Assembly: GCF_009914755.1 (NCBI RefSeq)
Contig: NC_060925.1
Direction: 5' to 3' (one strand)
Length of the DNA: 64,000 bases
Origin: the human T2T-CHM13v2.0 reference genome, Homo sapiens
This document shows positions 59,203 to 64,000 of the stretch, one piece after another. The notes under the pieces were generated by a model. That model was not told the DNA's origin. It did no database searches and saw nothing but the letters and a program-made list of their open reading frames with translations. The position numbers and the translations under genes were made by a program. The first letter of the stretch is position 1. Each line of letters opens with the position of its first letter.

Positions 59203-60376
59203 GGAGGTCTGTTCCAAGATGGCTGAATAGGAACAGCTCTGGTCTGCAGCTCCCAGGGTGATCAACACAGAAGACGGTGATTTCTGCGTTTCCAACTGAG
59301 GTAGCTGGTTCATCTCATTGGGACTGGTTGGACAGTGGGTGCAGCTCATGGAGGGTGAGCTGAAGCAGGGCAGGGCATCACCTCACCCAGGAAGCACAAG
59401 GGGTCAGAGGATTTCCCTTTCCTAGCCAAGGGAAGCCGTGACAGACTGTACCTGGAAAATCGGGACACTCCCTCCCAAAGACTGCACTTTTCCAATGGTC
59501 TTAGCAAATGGCACACCAGGAGATCATATCCCATGACTGGCTCAGTGGGTCCCATGCCCACGGAGCCTAGCCCACTGCTAGTGCAGCAGTCTGAGATTGA
59601 CCTGCGAGGCAGCAGCCTGGTAGGGGGAGGGGCATCCACCGTTGCTGAGGTTTGAGTAGGTGAACAAAGTGGCCCAGGAAGCTCGAACTGGGCAAAGCCC
59701 ACCAGAGCTCTGCAAGGCCTACTGCCTCTGTAGACACCCCCCCTGGGGGTGGGGCATAGCTGAAAAAAGGCAGCAGAAACTTCTGCAGACTTAAATGTCC
59801 CAGTCTGACAGCTCTAAAGAGAGCAGTGGTTCTCCCAGCATGGTGTTTGAGCTCTGAGAACGGAAAGACTGCCCTCTCAAGTGGGTCCCTGACCCCTGTG
59901 TTGCCTAACTGGGAGACACCTCCCAGTAGGGGCCAACTGACACCTCATACAGGCGGGTGCCCCTCTGGGGTGAAGCTTCCAGAGGAAGGATCAGGCAGCA
60001 ATATTTGCTGTTCTGCAGAATTTACTGTTCTGCAGCCTCAGCTGGTGATACCCAAGCAAACAGGGTCTGAAGTGGACCTCCAGCAAACTCCAACAGACCT
60101 GCAGCTGAGGGACCTGACTCTTAGAAGGAAAACTAACAAATAGAAAGGAAGAAAGGAATAGCATCAACATCATCAAAAAGGACATCCACACCAAAACCCC
60201 ATCTGTGGGTCACCAGCATCAAAGAAAAAAGGTAGATAAAACCACAAAGATGGGGAGAAACCAGAGCAGAGAAGCTGAAAATTCTAAACACCAGAGTGCC
60301 TCTTCTTCTCCAAAGGATTGCAGCTCCTTGCCAGCAATGGAACAAAGCTGGATGGAGAATGACTTTGATGAGCTGA
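59203..60376 (+). mobile_element. L1PA (PA7/PA8-like) 5'UTR and start of ORF1, cut by HERV-W insertion
   Basis: CCAAGATGGCTGAATAGGAACAGCTC 5' end; ORF1 from ATG 60250 MGRNQSREAENSKHQSASSSPKDCSSLPAMEQSWMENDFDEL, then abrupt switch to LTR. Confidence 0.9.
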
Positions 60377-61121
60377 TGTTACCTGGGGGTCCTTGTTCTT
60401 AGAGCTCCCAAGATGGTGGCAGGCCGCTTCCAAGATGGCAGCCAGCCTCTTGTTCTCTAACCTGGGGTTCTTGGCCTCATGGATTCCAAGGAATGGAATC
60501 TTGGGCCATGCAGAGAGTGTTATAGCTTTATTAGAAGCTGTGGGTCACAAAAGAGAACCATAGAACCCAGCGACTAGTGTTCAGCTAGATTAGGAAGAAC
60601 CCAGGCACTCAGCCATGCAGGAACAATGGCAAGCCTTTAGCCCGATCAGGAGCAGCAATGGGTGAGTCACTGGATCAGGAGTGCAGCCAACACCCTGCCG
60701 GATCCAGAGGGGCGGAAGTCAGTGGCGGGTCTGCAATGGCGACAAACAGCAGTGGTGGACAGTGAGAGAAAGCTCAGCTCAAGCTGTTACAAACACGGAC
60801 CAGAAGAATGTTCAGTTGCAAGATGTAATAGAGTGAAAACAGAGCTCCCACACAATGGAAGGGGACCCAAAGGGGGTTGCCATTGCTGGCTCAAATGCCT
60901 GGGTTTATATCCCAATCATTGTCTCTCAGGTGATAGATGATTGGCTATTTCTTTACCTCCTGTTTTGCCTAATTAGCATTTTAGTGAGCGCTCTTTGCTA
61001 CCTGATTGGTTGGGTGTGAGCTAAGTTGCAGGCCCCGTGTTTAAAGGTGGATGCGGCACCCTCCCAGCTAGGCTTAGGGATTCTTAGTCGGCCTAGGAAA
61101 TCCAGCTAGTCCTGTCTCTCA
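60377..61121 (-). mobile_element. HERV-W 3' LTR (LTR17), full length
   Basis: Reverse complement starts TGAGAGACAGGACTAGCTGGATTTCCTAGGCCGACTAAGAATCCCTAAGCCTAGCTGGG and ends GACCCCCAGGTAACA; PPT GAGAGGGGGGAC just upstream. Confidence 0.95.
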
Positions 61122-64000
61122 GTCCCCCCTCTCAACAGGAAAACCCCAGTGCTGTTGGGGAGGTTGGCCGACGACTGCTCTGCTTCCTGCTGAATTGGGG
61201 CATAGTAGGGATCGTGCAGTTGAGATTTCCTCAGGAGGGGGGCCTTCAATGTCATCAACATTGGAGCATGGGCTAGCAAGCCGGTCCAGGGGTCCGCAGT
61301 AGATCTTAGTCATGGACTGCATCTGGGGTTCCATTTGAAGAATGATTTGTAGTTTTACAGCTTCGATTCTGGAAGAAACAAACTTAACAGGGAGGTTAAA
61401 GATACAGGGATTGAAATGTATGGCCGGCAGTGCAGGGGGTTATTTCTTTGGCACACTTCACAGGCCCTGACTATCTGCTTGATAGTTTTGAAAAGGCCTG
61501 GTCCAGTAAATAATAATTTGGCCATCTGGTGGGTGCTATCAATGCCTAAGTGAAAGGTCTGGTGAAGGGTTTTAAGCAATTTCCATTGGTTCGCTGCCGG
61601 CAAAAGTGTTATTCCTTCTTCGGTGGCTAGCCATCCTGAGGGGAGGAAACTATGTCCTTGTGAGGTTCCCCATTCTATTTCTCCTGCTGAGTACTGGAGC
61701 TTAGTTTCCCAGAGGGGATTACCCCATACTAGGGTCCTTCTATAAGCATTTCTAATGGAGGGTCCTGCCTTGTGGCTGTTGATGGGCTTCAATATCCGCT
61801 TGGTGGTTCTCTTCCATTTCCCTTTACTTTCCTTTCTGATGACCCCGGCAGTGTAAGACTGCCACATCTTTAGGTTTCTGTACAGTGAATAATAATCTCC
61901 TAATGGCTTCCTGATGTTTGATAGGTGTTCCCTCAGAAGTTAGGAATTCCCTTTCTCTCCATATTGCTGTGTGGGCATGGAGGAGTAGGTAAGCATATTA
62001 GAGTCTGTATACATATTTCCCCTTTTTCCTTCTAATTCTGGTGCCCCAGTGAGGGCTATTAGTTCTGCCAGCCGAGCGCTAGTTCCTGGAGTGAGGGGAT
62101 TACTTTCAAGTATTCCATTATCACTGACCACTGCATACCCCACTTTTCAAAGTCCTTTTTCTACAAAGGAATTTCCATCAGTATACAAGTTGAGGTCGGG
62201 ATCAGTCAAGGGAACCTCTAGAAGGTCCCCTTGAGTGGCGTATGTTTGAGCAATCACCTGTTGACAGTTATGTTCTATCTTTTCTTCATTGTCTGGAAGA
62301 AGTGTGGCTGGGTTAAGAGTTGCACAAGAGAGAAGTTCTCAGCACTGGCCCTTCAAGTAATACAGCCTGATATTTAAGCAAACAGTTGTCTGACAGCCAC
62401 AAGTCTTCTTTAGCAGTGAGTATGCTGTTTACATCATTAGATGTCCACACAGTCATATCTCTTCCCTGTATTATTTTACCTGCTTCAGATACTAAGACTG
62501 CTACTGCTGCCACTACCTGTAAACAATGAGGCCAACCCTTTGCCACTAAATCAATTTCCTTACTCAGGTATGCCACAGGTTGCAAGCTGTTCCCTTGGAC
62601 CTGTGTAAAGACTCCTAGAGCTATTCCTGTTTTTTTCTGTGACATATAAAGAAAAGTCTTGCCCTGTTGGCAAGCTTAACACTGGGGCTTGGGTTAGGGC
62701 CTTCTTTAGGGCCTGGAAAGCTGCTTCTGCTTCAGGTGTACATCTTACTAAATGGATATTGGCTTTCTGAGTTTCCTTAATGAGTGCATATAATGGCCTG
62801 GCTATTTCGCCGTACCTGGGAATCCATATTCAGCAAAAGGCTGTTATGCCAAGGAACCCTCTTAGTTGCTTTAGGGTTTTGGGATGAGGATAAGCCAGTA
62901 TAGGCTGGATACATTCCTCACTGAGGGCCCTGGTGCCTTTGGATAATTTTAGCCCTAAGTATTTCTGCTGTGAGCAGAGCTGAGCCTTTTGTTTGGAAGC
63001 CTTGTAGCCACAGGTGGCAAGGAAATTTAAGAGTGCTTGGGTGGCTTGATGGCACAAGGTTTCTGAACGGGTGGCTAAAAGTAAATCATCCATGTACCAA
63101 AAGATGAGAGTGTTCAGGTATGAAAACTGGCTCAAGTCTTGGGCTAATGCCTGGCCAAATAGATGGGGGCTATCCTTGAACCCTTGGGGTAAAACAGTCC
63201 AGGTGAGTTGAGATGTTGGGTTCGAAGGATCTTCAAAAGCAAACAAGAATTGAGAGTCAGGATGTACAGGGATGCAGAAAAAGGCATCCTTAAGGTCCAA
63301 GACTGTAAACCACTCTGCTTCCTCTGGTATTTGGGAAAGCAGAGTATAAGGGTTAGGTACAGTGGGTATAGAGAGACAACGGCCTCACTGATAATCCTGA
63401 GATCTTGCACTAAACTCCACTGTCTGTTGGGTTTCTGTACTCCTAAAATTGGAGTATTGCAGGGGCTGTTGCACGGTTTTAGTAGGCCTTGGGCTTTTAG
63501 GTCCTTAACAATCTTTTGGAGTCCTTGTTGGGCCTCGGGTCTAAGAGGGTACTGCCTTTGGTAGGGAAAGGAGGTGGAATCCTTTAGTTTAACTTGAACA
63601 GGACAGGCATTCTTTACTCATCCATATTGTCCTTCTGTTGTCCAGACTTCAGGATTAATTCCTTCCTCAAGCAGGGGACAACAAACGGGTGTTCCTTCTC
63701 CTATGTTCAGGTGTACAATGGCCCCTGCTTTTGCTAGAATGTCTCTCCGTAACAAGAGAGTGGTGCTTTCAGGCATAATTAGAAAAGCATGTGAAAAGAG
63801 TAAAGTTCCCCAGTCACACCTTAGTGGCTGGGAGAAGTATCTAGTGACTGGCTGTCCTAGGACCCCTTGGCTAGTGACAGATCTGGAGGACAGTTGTATA
63901 GGACAGGAAAGTAAGATTGAGAAGGCCATGCCAGTGTCCAGGAGACAGTTAACCTCCTGGCCCTCAATGGTCAAGCATACCTGGGGCTCTGTGAGGGTGA
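61122..64000 (-). mobile_element. HERV-W (HERV17) internal region: defective pro-pol and env remnant, continues past window end
   Basis: Protease LLDTG (63974-63618), RT DLKDAFF/LPQGF/YMDD (63300-62830), RNase H AELIALT, integrase H..H..CEVC, env tail MEPQMQSMTKIYCGPLDR...PNSAGS similar to syncytin-1 tail; many frameshifts. Confidence 0.95.

Noticed and set aside
61119-61334. Syncytin-1 (ERVW-1) gene
   Set aside because: Only the env tail and a 36-nt SU island remain, and the ERVW-1 12-bp deletion is absent

Overview
Primate (almost certainly human) intergenic DNA with no intact host protein-coding gene that I can support. The left ~38 kb is GC-rich unique sequence with many Alus, MIR/L2/MaLR relics, several clusters of transcription-factor motifs, a 122-bp non-Alu hairpin, a U6 snRNA retro-fragment and a processed NDUFA5 pseudogene (17427-19160, minus). 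The right ~25 kb is a stack of nested retroelements. It holds a complete two-LTR LTR8/HUERS-P1-type element (39450-47907, 4-bp TSD, tRNA-Pro PBS) carrying a solo HERV-H LTR7 and two Alus. It also holds a young 5'-truncated L1PA2/3-type LINE with an uninterrupted ORF2 reverse-transcriptase/C-terminal frame (49934-52550). Finally, a HERV-W (LTR17) provirus on the minus strand sits inside ORF1 of an older L1PA and has a double pol/env deletion bounded by 7-bp microhomologies. From memory only, this combination fits the 1p13.3 interval upstream of CSF1; that placement is unverified. Almost all short ORFs in the supplied track are spurious or repeat-derived. I found no evidence of a new multi-gene system. 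The best candidates for novelty are regulatory or RNA-structural elements and insertion/recombination histories. Repeat subfamily names are recalled from consensus sequences, not database searches.
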